A stretch of DNA of 64,000 nt, taken from assembly GCA_036012755.1 (NCBI GenBank), contig DASCPX010000016.1, forward strand, positions 32,001 through 96,000, given 5' to 3'. The translations under genes were made by a program, and so were the position numbers. Origin of the DNA: Myxococcota bacterium. GTDB lineage: Bacteria > Myxococcota_A > UBA796 > CAJQPC01. Below, piece by piece: positions 1 to 9,260 of this stretch (within the stretch, counting starts at the first letter, position 1; each line of letters starts with the position of its first letter). The notes under the pieces were generated by a model. It saw nothing but the letters and a program-made list of their open reading frames with translations. It was not told the origin of the DNA and searched no databases.

Positions 1-1
1 G

Positions 2-112
2 CAGGGCATCACCGGGGGCTGGTTCTTCGACATCGAGGCAGGCCCTACGGAGGCCGAGCTGGAGCAGCAGGAGCAGATCGCGGGGACCTGGGCCGCCGAC
101 AACGACCCTTGA
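2..112 (+). CDS. 3' end of an unknown CDS, truncated by the window start
   Basis: Open frame QGITGGWFFDIEAG...DNDP with GC3-rich codons, ending TGA at 110-112. Confidence 0.6.
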   Translation, partial: QGITGGWFFDIEAGPTEAELEQQEQIAGTWAADNDP

Positions 113-157
113 CGTCCGGCGTCGGAGCGCTACCTGCGGGTCCTCACGGAAGGACCC

Positions 158-2068
158 ATGGCCGATCCCCAGACCCCCGACATCATCGACGCTGACGAGA
201 CCGACGACAACGAGTTTTCGGTCCACAACTTCGACGCAGAGGTCCGACAGCTCCTCGACCTCGTCATCCACAGCCTCTACAGCGACCGCGAGGTCTTCCT
301 TCGCGAGCTGATCAGCAACGCCAGCGACGCCCTCGACCGTGCCCGCATGGCAGGCCTGGAGAACCCGGAGCTGCGACCCGCCGACGGCGAGGCAGCGATC
401 GACATCCGCGTCGACCCCGTCGAGTCGACCATCACGGTCTCCGACAACGGCATCGGCTTGACCGAAGAGCAGGCAGTCACGGCCCTGGGCACCATCGCTC
501 ACTCCGGCACGAAGGCCTTCGCCAAGGCGCTGGAGGAGGGGGTCGATCACAACCTCATCGGCCAGTTCGGGGTCGGCTTCTACGCCGCGCTGATGGTCGC
601 CGAGCACCTCACGGTCCACTCGCTGTCTGGCGAGCCCGAGGCAGAGGCCATCACCTGGGCCTGCGACGGCTCCACCGAGTACACGCTCGGCAAGGGCAAG
701 CGCGAGACCCGCGGGACCGACGTGATCCTGAAGCTGCGCGAGGACGCCTTCGACTTCCTCGATCCGGAGACGCTCGCAGCCGTCGTCAAGCGCTACTCGG
801 AGTTCGTCGGCTACCCGATCCGCATCGCCGAGGAGCAGGTCAACGAGCCCAAGGCGCTCTGGACCCGAAAGGCCTCTGACATCTCAGAGGACGAGTACAC
901 CGCGTTCTACAAGCAGACCTGCGGCGACTGGGCCGACCCGGCGACCCACATCCACGTCCACGCCGACGCGCCGGTGCAGTTCAAGGCGCTGCTGTTCGTC
1001 CCGGCCATGGTGCCGCAGGATCTGAACTACTCCGACGGGCGGCGCCCGCTGAAGCTCTACGCCAAGCGCGTGCTCATCCAGGAGGAGGCCCGAGAGCTCC
1101 TCCCCGACTACCTCCGCTTCGTGCGCGGGGTCGTGGACTCAGAGGACATCCAGCTCAACGTGAGCCGCGAGCTCATCCAGCAGGACCGAACCGTGCGAGA
1201 GCTCCGGGAGCAGCTCGTCAACCGGGTGCTCCGCCACCTCAAGAAGATGGCGAAGAAGGACCGCGATGAGTTCGAGCGCGTCTGGACCGACTACGGCGCG
1301 GTGTTGAAGGAGGGCTTCAGCCGCCGCCCGGGCGAGGTCCTCGACGTGACCGGCAAGCTCACGGAGCTGGCGCTCTTTCGCAGCACGGAGAGCGACTGGA
1401 CCTCGCTCGCCGAGTACAAGGAGCGCATGGCAGAGGGCCAGGACACCATCTGGTTCCTCACGGCCACGGATCCGCAGACCGCCGCGCGCAGCCCCCACCT
1501 CGAGGGCTTCGCGAAGAAGGGCTGGGAGGTGCTGCTGTTGACCGACCCGGTCGACGAGTGGGTCGTCCAGAGCCTCAAGGACTACGAAGGCAACGAGCTC
1601 AAGGCCGTGAGCCGCGGGGAGCTCGAGTTCGACGAAGAGGAGGTCGACCACGACGACGCCCTCGACGAAGACCTCGTCGGCTGGCTCAAGGAGACCCTGT
1701 CCGACACGGTCAAGGACGTGCGCGTCAGCTCACGACTCACGGACTCGCCCTCGGTCCTGGTGGACGACGAGCACGGCATGTCCGCGAACATGCAGCGCAT
1801 CATGACGGCGATGAACCCCGGCATGTCGATGGCAAAGCGCATCCTGGAGATCAACCCCACGCATCCATTGATCCGCTCCCTGGAGGCCTTGCACGGCACC
1901 GGGCGCAAGACAGAGGCGCGCCCGCTGGCCTTCCTCCTCGTCGACCAGGCCAAGCTCTCGGAGGGCTTCGTGGACGACCCGGGAGCCCTCGTCGAGCGTC
2001 TCCAGGCCCTCAGCAAGCTCGCGGCGGCCGGGCTCATGGGCCATGATGGGGGCGGCGCCGAGGAGTAG
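158..2068 (+). CDS. htpG: Molecular chaperone HtpG (Hsp90)
   Basis: Motifs LYSDREVFLRELISNASDA, DNGIG, IGQFGVGFY, GVVDSED, LNVSRE and LEINP; 636 aa. Confidence 0.97.
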   Translation: MADPQTPDIIDADETDDNEFSVHNFDAEVRQLLDLVIHSLYSDREVFLRELISNASDALDRARMAGLENPELRPADGEAAIDIRVDPVESTITVSDNGIGLTEEQAVTALGTIAHSGTKAFAKALEEGVDHNLIGQFGVGFYAALMVAEHLTVHSLSGEPEAEAITWACDGSTEYTLGKGKRETRGTDVILKLREDAFDFLDPETLAAVVKRYSEFVGYPIRIAEEQVNEPKALWTRKASDISEDEYTAFYKQTCGDWADPATHIHVHADAPVQFKALLFVPAMVPQDLNYSDGRRPLKLYAKRVLIQEEARELLPDYLRFVRGVVDSEDIQLNVSRELIQQDRTVRELREQLVNRVLRHLKKMAKKDRDEFERVWTDYGAVLKEGFSRRPGEVLDVTGKLTELALFRSTESDWTSLAEYKERMAEGQDTIWFLTATDPQTAARSPHLEGFAKKGWEVLLLTDPVDEWVVQSLKDYEGNELKAVSRGELEFDEEEVDHDDALDEDLVGWLKETLSDTVKDVRVSSRLTDSPSVLVDDEHGMSANMQRIMTAMNPGMSMAKRILEINPTHPLIRSLEALHGTGRKTEARPLAFLLVDQAKLSEGFVDDPGALVERLQALSKLAAAGLMGHDGGGAEE

Positions 2069-2071
2069 TAG

Positions 2072-2869
2072 ATGCTCGCGCTGCTGTCGTCCTGCTCCAT
2101 GCCCTTCGGCGGGCCCGAGGGCGCGACCCCCGGACAGGGAGACTGCGACGAGCTCGTGGTCGGCTGGCTCGACGAGGACGGAGACGGCTTCGGTCGCGAG
2201 CAGGAAGAGGCGTGCGAGGCCCAGTGGTACTGGGTGGACGCCGGCGGGGACTGCAATGACGAGGACCCCCTCATACACCCCGACGCCCTGGAGATCTGCG
2301 AGCCGTGGTCCCGCGGCGTGGACGAAGACTGCGACGGCACCCTGGACTGCGAGGACGCAGACTGCCGCGACGAGTGCCTCGAGGACGACTGCAACGACGG
2401 CTACGACCAGGACGACGACGGGCTGACCGACTGCGAGGACGACGACTGCCTGGGCACGGCCGACTGCGCCTCCTTCACCGCGTACATCACGGGCGGCGGC
2501 GCCTACACCCTGTCCCGCTACGCGGTCAGCCAGCAGCTCTGGGCGACCTCTGTGAAGGGCCACGTCATCTTCACAGAGGGCATCGTCGGCAGCTGCACCT
2601 TCACCCTCGGCCGGGTGGAGATCTGGACCTCCTACGGCATCACCACCGACGTGCGTCGCGAGGACATCTGGCCCAGCGACGGCTGCCCTTCGTCGCTGTC
2701 GACGGGTTTCCTACCCCGCACCTCGGAGCTCACCTTCTCAGGCTCTCGCATGCCCCGGCTGAACACCGGCGCCCCCTGGTACGGCTCCACCCTGACCAGC
2801 AGCAGCTGGGGCAGCTCGTCCACGTTCTACCGTGGCGCGATCACGGGCGGATCGACCTTCTCGAGGTAG
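2072..2869 (+). CDS. Putative lipoprotein with MopE-like/Cys-Asp-rich metal-binding motifs
   Basis: Starts MLALLSSC; carries WLDEDGDGFG...DCNDEDPLIHPDALEIC...GVDEDCDG and DQDDDGLTDCEDDDC repeats. Confidence 0.75.
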   Translation: MLALLSSCSMPFGGPEGATPGQGDCDELVVGWLDEDGDGFGREQEEACEAQWYWVDAGGDCNDEDPLIHPDALEICEPWSRGVDEDCDGTLDCEDADCRDECLEDDCNDGYDQDDDGLTDCEDDDCLGTADCASFTAYITGGGAYTLSRYAVSQQLWATSVKGHVIFTEGIVGSCTFTLGRVEIWTSYGITTDVRREDIWPSDGCPSSLSTGFLPRTSELTFSGSRMPRLNTGAPWYGSTLTSSSWGSSSTFYRGAITGGSTFSR

Positions 2870-2872
2870 CCT

Positions 2873-3568
2873 GTGGATATGTTGATCACCCTGTGGATCA
2901 CTGCTTGTTCGACTGATCAGAGTCCGCCTCCGACGCGGATTCTGATCGAGGCGCCGGATCCGGTCGTCGTGCAGCTCGAGGTGCCCCCGGAGCCCGTGGC
3001 GAACACGCCGCCGGAGGGCTGGACAGAGCTGGTCGGCGCCCCCTCGCTGGACTTCGCCTTCGACTACCACGGCACGGACAACTTCACCGGCGCCCAGCTC
3101 CCTGGCTACGAGGCGAAGGGCGCCTGGCTCCGGGACGAGGCGGCGGCGGCGCTCCTGTTGGCGGCGGCCGACCTCGACGCGCAGGGCCTCCGACTCGTCG
3201 TGCGTGACGCCTACCGGCCGGTCCGGGCGACCCTGGCGATGTGCGACTGGGCGGAGCGCACCGACCAGGTCCACCTCCTCGACGATGGCTACATCGCTCG
3301 GAAGTCAGGCCACAACCACGGCAACACCATCGACGTGAGCCTGAGCCGAGATGGGGTCGCGCTCGATTTCGGCAGCCCCTACGACCACTTCGGCGTCGAG
3401 TCCCACACCGCCAACGCCTCGGACGGGGCCGCAGAGGCCCGCGTCCTGCTCGGTGGGGCCATGTCGAAGCACGGCTGGAAGAACTACTCCAAGGAGTGGT
3501 GGCACTTCTCCTACTCGATGCAGGGCACCGAGCCCCTCGACGTGCCCTACGGGGTGTCGGGGGACTGA
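2873..3568 (+). CDS. D-alanyl-D-alanine dipeptidase (VanX/DdpX, peptidase M15D), putative lipoprotein
   Basis: DAYRP, SGHNHGNTIDV (SxHxxGxxxD) and EWWHF motifs; alternative ATG at 2879 gives MLITLWITAC. Confidence 0.9.
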   Translation: MDMLITLWITACSTDQSPPPTRILIEAPDPVVVQLEVPPEPVANTPPEGWTELVGAPSLDFAFDYHGTDNFTGAQLPGYEAKGAWLRDEAAAALLLAAADLDAQGLRLVVRDAYRPVRATLAMCDWAERTDQVHLLDDGYIARKSGHNHGNTIDVSLSRDGVALDFGSPYDHFGVESHTANASDGAAEARVLLGGAMSKHGWKNYSKEWWHFSYSMQGTEPLDVPYGVSGD

Positions 3569-3582
3569 GGTAGGGTCGCGCC

Positions 3583-4344
3583 GTGCTGCGACGTCTTCCG
3601 TTTTCGATCCGAGTAGGACTTCGCAGGGTCCCCGCCACGCTGAGATGGCTGGGCCGACCTCGTCTTGCTCGGGGCGACATCACCGACTTCCCGGCGCTAC
3701 ATGCCAGGCGCCGGAGCCCCCTCCGCCGCCAGTCCACGCTCTACGCAGGGGGCCTCCAGGCCGCCAAGGAACACAACGTGCGGCGAGCCGCGGCCTTGAT
3801 GGACGGAGTCGTCATCGACCCCGGCCAGAGCCTCTCCTGGCACGCCGTCATCGGCCCGCCGATCCGCGCTCGGGGCTTCGTCCCCGGCCCCGAGCTCCAC
3901 GCCGACCGCCTCGCCCAAGGAGGAGGTGGTGGGCTCTGCCAGGTTGCGAACCTCGCAGCCTGGCTGGCGGTGCATGCTGGACTCGAGCTCCCCGTGCGCC
4001 ACCGCCACGGCCTCGACCTGTTCCCAGACGAGGCCCGGACCGTGCCCTTCGGTCTGGGCGCGACCGTCTTCTTCCCGACCCGCGACCTGGTCATGAAGAA
4101 CCCGCACGAAGTGCCCCTGCGTCTGGGCTTCGGCGTCGAAGATGGCTTCCTGCTCGGCGAGCTCCGCTTCACGGAGCCCCTGGACGAGCGCTTTGTCGTC
4201 GAGGAGCGTGACGCCGGCTTCGAGCGCATCGATGGCGTCGTCTACCGCTTCAACCGCCTGGTCCGTGTGAGCGCGCACGGCGAGGAGCTGCTCTGGTCGA
4301 CCCGCGCCCGGGTCGCCTACTCCGTCTCCGAGGAGCTGCTGTGA
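3583..4344 (+). CDS. VanW family protein
   Basis: KEHNV..AA..MDGVVIDPGQSLS, GGGLCQVAN, RHRH and GATVFFP..DL..KN motifs. Confidence 0.85.
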   Translation: MLRRLPFSIRVGLRRVPATLRWLGRPRLARGDITDFPALHARRRSPLRRQSTLYAGGLQAAKEHNVRRAAALMDGVVIDPGQSLSWHAVIGPPIRARGFVPGPELHADRLAQGGGGGLCQVANLAAWLAVHAGLELPVRHRHGLDLFPDEARTVPFGLGATVFFPTRDLVMKNPHEVPLRLGFGVEDGFLLGELRFTEPLDERFVVEERDAGFERIDGVVYRFNRLVRVSAHGEELLWSTRARVAYSVSEELL

Positions 4345-5744
4345 TCCTGCTCTTGGCCTGTTCCGGAAACCCCGAACCCCAGAAGGTCGAGGAGAAGCCT
4401 GCCCTCGAGGTCCTCGCCGAGGCTCCGGACAAGGCGTCCACCAAAGTGGACTTCCACCTGGAGGCGGCCGTCCTGACATCCGAGGGACTAGCAGATGGCC
4501 TGCTGCGCGGGAACGACGCCTGGGTGCCCATCGGCAATCCCAACGGCGAAGGCCTGCTGTTGCGCTTCGCCGAGCCCTTCTACTTCAGCAAGCTCGAGGT
4601 CAGCGCCTGCTCCACCGGCCCCGCCTGGACCCCGACTGTCTTCGTGAACGGAGCCCGGGTCGACGACCGACGCCTGGAGCCCGGGGGGACCAAGGCCGTG
4701 CAGGTCGGCGAGGTCGTGAAGTCCGTCTTCGTGCGCATGAGCCACGCCGAGCCGGGGGCCTGCATGGGCGGTGTGCGCTTCCTGGACTCCAAGGGCGAAG
4801 ACCTGAACGTGCTGCCACCCCGCCACGTCGGGGCCGAGGTCCGGGCCAGCTCCACCCTGGAGCCCGCCGACGCCTACCACACGCTCTACCTCGTCGACAG
4901 CCGCACGGACTTCGGCTGGGTGGAGGGCGCCAAGGGCACCGGCGCGGGCGAGAGCCTGAGCATCACCCTGGACGAGGAGGTGGAGCTCCACGGCGTCCGG
5001 CTCTGGAACGGCTACCAGCGCAGCGAGGACCACTTCAAGAAGAACGCGCGCCTGAAGAAGGTGACCCTGTCCTTCGACACCGGGTCGGTGACCCTGGAGG
5101 TGCCGGACGCCATGGGGCCCTCCGAGCTGTCCTTCGATCCGGTCAAGACGCGCAGCCTGAAGCTGACCATCGACGAGGTCACCCCGGGCAGCCGCTACGA
5201 GGACCTCGTGATCTCCGAGCTGGAGCTGATCGACGAGGACGGCCCCCTCAGCCTCAGGACCTGGGACGACCGGGCCAAGGCCCTGCGCACCGCCCACGCT
5301 GGCACCGCGCTGGGGGCCCTGATGGACCAGCAGCTCGAGAGCGTCTGCAGCGACGAGTGGATCACCCAGGCCAAGCTGCGCAGCAACCACAGCTTCGTGG
5401 TCTACGGCGAGAGCATGGACACCTCGACCGTCTTCGACGGTGCCTGGGTCCCGCTGGGCAAGGAGGGGGCCTGGACCGCGGTCAAGCTCTACGGCCGACG
5501 CCACCGCATCCGCTCGACCTACCAGCCCTACGGCACCGACACGACGGACGAGGAGACCCGGATCGGCGGCGGCAAGCTGCTCCTGGCGCGAGCCTCCGAC
5601 CTCGACGAGGAGACCTGGATCGTCACCTCCGCCGAGCTGGCCTGGGGCCTGACCTGCTCGCCGAACCTGAGCCACGCAGAGGCCATCGAGATGGGCATCG
5701 TGCTCATGAAGGGGGCGGACATCGACGCGGTCGTCGCCTTCTGA
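4341..5744 (+). CDS. Lipoprotein with discoidin-like (F5/8-type, NADase glycan-binding-like) domains and an unknown C-terminal domain
   Basis: Starts MILLLAC; ASSTL...WVEG..GTGAGESL...LWNGYQRS..F.KNAR.K....TIDEV.PG.RY.DL.ISE pattern. Confidence 0.7.
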   Translation: MILLLACSGNPEPQKVEEKPALEVLAEAPDKASTKVDFHLEAAVLTSEGLADGLLRGNDAWVPIGNPNGEGLLLRFAEPFYFSKLEVSACSTGPAWTPTVFVNGARVDDRRLEPGGTKAVQVGEVVKSVFVRMSHAEPGACMGGVRFLDSKGEDLNVLPPRHVGAEVRASSTLEPADAYHTLYLVDSRTDFGWVEGAKGTGAGESLSITLDEEVELHGVRLWNGYQRSEDHFKKNARLKKVTLSFDTGSVTLEVPDAMGPSELSFDPVKTRSLKLTIDEVTPGSRYEDLVISELELIDEDGPLSLRTWDDRAKALRTAHAGTALGALMDQQLESVCSDEWITQAKLRSNHSFVVYGESMDTSTVFDGAWVPLGKEGAWTAVKLYGRRHRIRSTYQPYGTDTTDEETRIGGGKLLLARASDLDEETWIVTSAELAWGLTCSPNLSHAEAIEMGIVLMKGADIDAVVAF

Positions 5745-6222
5745 TGCTCCTGATGCTCGGGTGTGGCATGGAGCCAGCGCCGCAGCCGCCTCCGCCCCGG
5801 CTGCAGTCGATCCTCACGTCCAGCATCGGCCCAAACCCCTTCGACGCCACCGCCGGGATCGGGCCGATGGCGTCACCCAGACCCAGATCAAGCTCCGCTC
5901 CAACCAGACCTTCGACATCGTCGGCGAGGACCTCGTGGCGCACGGCGACTGGTTCCCGTCGGCGGCCTTCCGCGGCTGGACGAAGGTGACGCTCCATGGA
6001 ACGAGAACCCAGGGCGGCGAGACCACGGTCCTCGACAGCGAAAGCCTCACCCTGGCGACAGCCTCCGAGCTCGACGCTGCAGGCTGGATCGACACCGCCC
6101 GGCGCTACACCTCGGCGCTGGACTGCGAGGGCCAGATGAGCCACGAGCAGGCGGCCAGCGAGGGCATCGTGATGGTCGAGGGCGCAATAGAGGCCGTGGT
6201 CCGCCTCAACGCCGCCGAGTGA
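5744..6222 (+). pseudogene. Small lipoprotein paralogous to the C-terminal domain of the upstream gene, with a frameshift near 5850-5870
   Basis: ATG at 5744 overlaps the upstream TGA (MLLMLGC). The conserved part TQIKLRSNQTF...IEAVV lies in a different frame (5761..6222 ORF). Confidence 0.65.
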
Positions 6223-7489
6223 GGCCGGCCGGGCGGACTCGTCGCGGGTTGCGCCCATCCTCGATCCTGCCAGCCAGATCCTCGCTGATCGGTCCCTCGG
6301 ACAGCGCCTCCCAGGTGGCCTCCGAGACGTAGCTGTAGTCCCCGTCGAGCACGGTGAACTCACCGGTCCACTCATGCGGCCGCACCCCCCACACGATGCG
6401 GCCGATGCGCTGTCGGTCCAGCTCGGGCTCCGGGGCCCAGGCCATGGCCTCGCCGCCGGTCTCGTGGTCGTAGAGGAAGTTGATGCCCACGTGGGCGATG
6501 AGCAGCTCCGGGCGCTCGGGGAGTCCCTCGATGAGGCCTCGATAGCGCTCGTAGGGGGGGTGCTGGCGCGGGTCGAAGCCGACCGGGATCACCAGGAGCA
6601 GGGGCAGGCAGAAGGGGGCCGGGATGCGGGGGATCAGCCCCAAGGCCAACAGCGGTGTCATCAGCGCCAGCCGATACCCGAGGTCCAGCTCGTCCTGCTT
6701 CCAGGGAACGAGCAGACACACGGCCAATGGCAGCAGGAAGATCCAGCGTCGCTCGCGCAGGAGGCCGTAGATCAGCGCCGCCCAGCCCCCGAGCAGCTCG
6801 AGGACCTGGAGCGGATGGGTCGGTCGCAGCGACAGCCAGGACAAGGGCAGGCTCGGCTCGAGGTGCACCCGCTCGAGATCCGAGGGGTGCAGGAGCCCGG
6901 GGAGCACCCACGACAAGAGGCAAAACACTGCGATCAGCGAGACACCGCCAAGCAGGACGCGCCTCTCGACGCGCTCGGCCAACAGGCCCAACAGCCCCAG
7001 CACCACGAAGGCTGCGCCGATGCGGTGGGCGCTGGCGCAGAGCACGCCCCCGAGGACCGCCAGCCACCAGCGTCGCCCGATCAGCCCAGCCGCGAAGAGC
7101 AACCACGGCGCTGCCATGCCCAGGTTCTTGGGGAAGTCCCCGCCGAGGTGCGTCAGCGTCGGAGAGGCCGCCGCAAGGAGCGCCAGGGTCCAGGGGCGGC
7201 CCAGCTCCCGCCCCAGCAGCCAGGCAGCCGGGACCACCAACGCGGCCAACAGCGCGGCCCCCACCTTCATCGCCAGGATGGGCTCGAAGACCAGGCCCAG
7301 GATCCCGAGAAAGCGCAGCACCCAGCTGGCGTCCGGTACGTGGAGCCCCAGCCCAGAGGACCAGTCCGCGATCTGGACCACGTAGTAGTAGCCGTCGGTG
7401 CCCGGGGGCTCCGGGGTGCGCAGCGACCACGCCAGCCTCGCGGCGAAGACCCCTGCGGACAGCAGGAGCAGGAGGGAGCCCCGACGCAC
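6206..7489 (-). CDS. Polytopic membrane protein, possible GT-C glycosyltransferase
   Basis: Many hydrophobic helices; PPGTDGYYY loop after TM1. Confidence 0.6.
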   Translation of the reverse strand: MRRGSLLLLLSAGVFAARLAWSLRTPEPPGTDGYYYVVQIADWSSGLGLHVPDASWVLRFLGILGLVFEPILAMKVGAALLAALVVPAAWLLGRELGRPWTLALLAAASPTLTHLGGDFPKNLGMAAPWLLFAAGLIGRRWWLAVLGGVLCASAHRIGAAFVVLGLLGLLAERVERRVLLGGVSLIAVFCLLSWVLPGLLHPSDLERVHLEPSLPLSWLSLRPTHPLQVLELLGGWAALIYGLLRERRWIFLLPLAVCLLVPWKQDELDLGYRLALMTPLLALGLIPRIPAPFCLPLLLVIPVGFDPRQHPPYERYRGLIEGLPERPELLIAHVGINFLYDHETGGEAMAWAPEPELDRQRIGRIVWGVRPHEWTGEFTVLDGDYSYVSEATWEALSEGPISEDLAGRIEDGRNPRRVRPAGLTRRR

Positions 7490-8506
7490 TCAGTCGCGCA
7501 GGTGGCGGTTCAGGTACTCGAAGTCGGTGGTGTCCCCAGAGATGTGCACGTCCGAGGACCAGCTCTGGCCGTAGTGGCCGAAGTCGTCCAGCAGCCCGAG
7601 CCCATCCGACTCCAGCCGCGCCATCCCGCCCTGCTGCCGCACGACCCAGAGCTGCTCGTCATCGGCCGCGACGTTGGTCAGGTACTCGTCCATCGTGGTG
7701 GAGTCGACCAACCCCCCGGCGTCGAACTGGTAGAGCGAGGCCCCGTGCTTGTTCGCGAGGTAGACGTGGTCCCGATCCGAGGCCAGGGACCTGGGGCGGC
7801 TGGACGCGGCGTGGGTGTCGGTGACGCCGAAGGTGGACAGGTCGACCTGGAAGAGCAGGTCCTCGTTGGTGACCGCCACCCAGCGCGTGCTCCCCTCGAC
7901 GTGCACCGCCTGCGGGTAGTGCGCCATCGTGGTGTTGCCGGTGTAGACGTCCGGGTAGCCCTCGAAGGTGAGCGAGGCGACCTCCTCGAGGGTGGCCCGG
8001 TCCAAGACAGCGACACGACCTTCGTAGGGGTAGCTCGAGCCCAGGTCGAAGAGCGCCGCGTAGACGTGGTCCTCGTCTAGATCGAGGTCCAGCACCTGCA
8101 CATCGACGAGCGAGGTCATCTCGACCACCGAGCCGGTCTTGTCGAGCACGTAGAGGGTCTGGTCGTCGTTGGAGGCGACGAAGACCTCCTCGTCGTCCAG
8201 GGCGATGGCCAGGTGCGCGCTGCCGAGCTCGATCTCCTCGACCTCGAGCAGGAGCAGGTCGGCGTCGCCGCCGTTGTAGACCACGAGCGACTTGTCCTGG
8301 GCAGGGCACACATCGGCGAGGCTCGGCCAGCCATAGGAGCGCGGCGTGAGCACGATGTCGGGCTCGAGCACCGGCGCTTCGCTGTCCACGGGAGAGTCGG
8401 CGGGGGAGTCCACCGGGCTGTCCTCGACCTCCGAGTCATGGGTCGAGGGCTGCGACTCTCGAGGAACGACCTGGTTCTCCGTGCACGCGACGAGCAGCAG
8501 CAGCAT
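7490..8506 (-). CDS. Putative lipoprotein with an acidic linker and beta-propeller-like repeats
   Basis: Starts MLLLLVAC; DSP-repeat linker; repeated D..VYxA / LYxLD blades. Confidence 0.6.
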   Translation of the reverse strand: MLLLLVACTENQVVPRESQPSTHDSEVEDSPVDSPADSPVDSEAPVLEPDIVLTPRSYGWPSLADVCPAQDKSLVVYNGGDADLLLLEVEEIELGSAHLAIALDDEEVFVASNDDQTLYVLDKTGSVVEMTSLVDVQVLDLDLDEDHVYAALFDLGSSYPYEGRVAVLDRATLEEVASLTFEGYPDVYTGNTTMAHYPQAVHVEGSTRWVAVTNEDLLFQVDLSTFGVTDTHAASSRPRSLASDRDHVYLANKHGASLYQFDAGGLVDSTTMDEYLTNVAADDEQLWVVRQQGGMARLESDGLGLLDDFGHYGQSWSSDVHISGDTTDFEYLNRHLRD

Positions 8507-8548
8507 GGGCCCTCCGGCGGGCAGGTTAGCGCGCCTCGGGAGGAAGTC

Positions 8549-9214
8549 GTGGTCTGGCTCATCTCATGCATCAGCGGCGAAGAGGTCGTCGTCGGTCCGG
8601 GCCTCGATCAGACAGACGACAGCTCGGTGATCGAGGGGCCGTGCGCTGACGACATGGTCGAGGTCGAGGACTTCTGCATCGACCGCTACGAGGCCTTCGT
8701 CACCGACGGGGTCGCCGAAAACGGCGAGGGCGAGACCCCCACCGGCTACCACTCGGGAGAGCAGGCCGAGCTGTACTGCGAAGCCGCCGACAAGCGCCTC
8801 TGCACAAGCGAGGAGTGGCTGCACGCCTGTCAGGGGGAGCCGCCGACCACCTGGCCATACGGCGACACCTACGATCCGACGGCCTGCAACGACAGCTACC
8901 CGGGAGGTCACCCGGTGGTGGACTACTTCGGCACCTCCGACGGGACCTGGAACACGGAGCACATGAACGATCCCGGCATCAACGAGCAGCCGGACACGGT
9001 CGATCCCAGCGGGGAAAACCTGTCCTGCGTCAGCATCGATGGGGTCTACGACCTTCACGGCAACCTCCACGAATGGGTCGCCGAGAGCGTGTTCCGGGGC
9101 GGGTTCTACGCGGACGCGGAGCTCAACGGACCCGGTTGCACCTAAGTCACGACCGCCCACGCAACGAGCTACCACGACTACTCGACGGGCTTCCGCTGCT
9201 GCGCGGACCCCTGA
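8549..9214 (+). pseudogene. FGE/SUMF1-family domain protein interrupted by an in-frame TAA at 9143-9145
   Basis: GGAGG then GTG at 8549; FCIDRYEA, KRLCTSEEW..AC and GVYDLHGNLHEW motifs; the same frame continues VTTAH...STGFRCC to TGA at 9212-9214. Confidence 0.8.
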
Positions 9215-9260
9215 GACTCGACGATATGCTGCGGCTGTCAGGGCCGCGAGTGGAGGAACC

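Noticed and set aside
8200..8300. Possible internal deletion in the 7490..8506 lipoprotein (an Ig-like start switches abruptly to propeller blades)
   Set aside because: No family-defining motif is clearly missing, so it cannot be supported without orthologs
9143..9145. Stop-codon reassignment or selenocysteine
   Set aside because: A single TAA case, and TAA, TAG and TGA all terminate other genes normally
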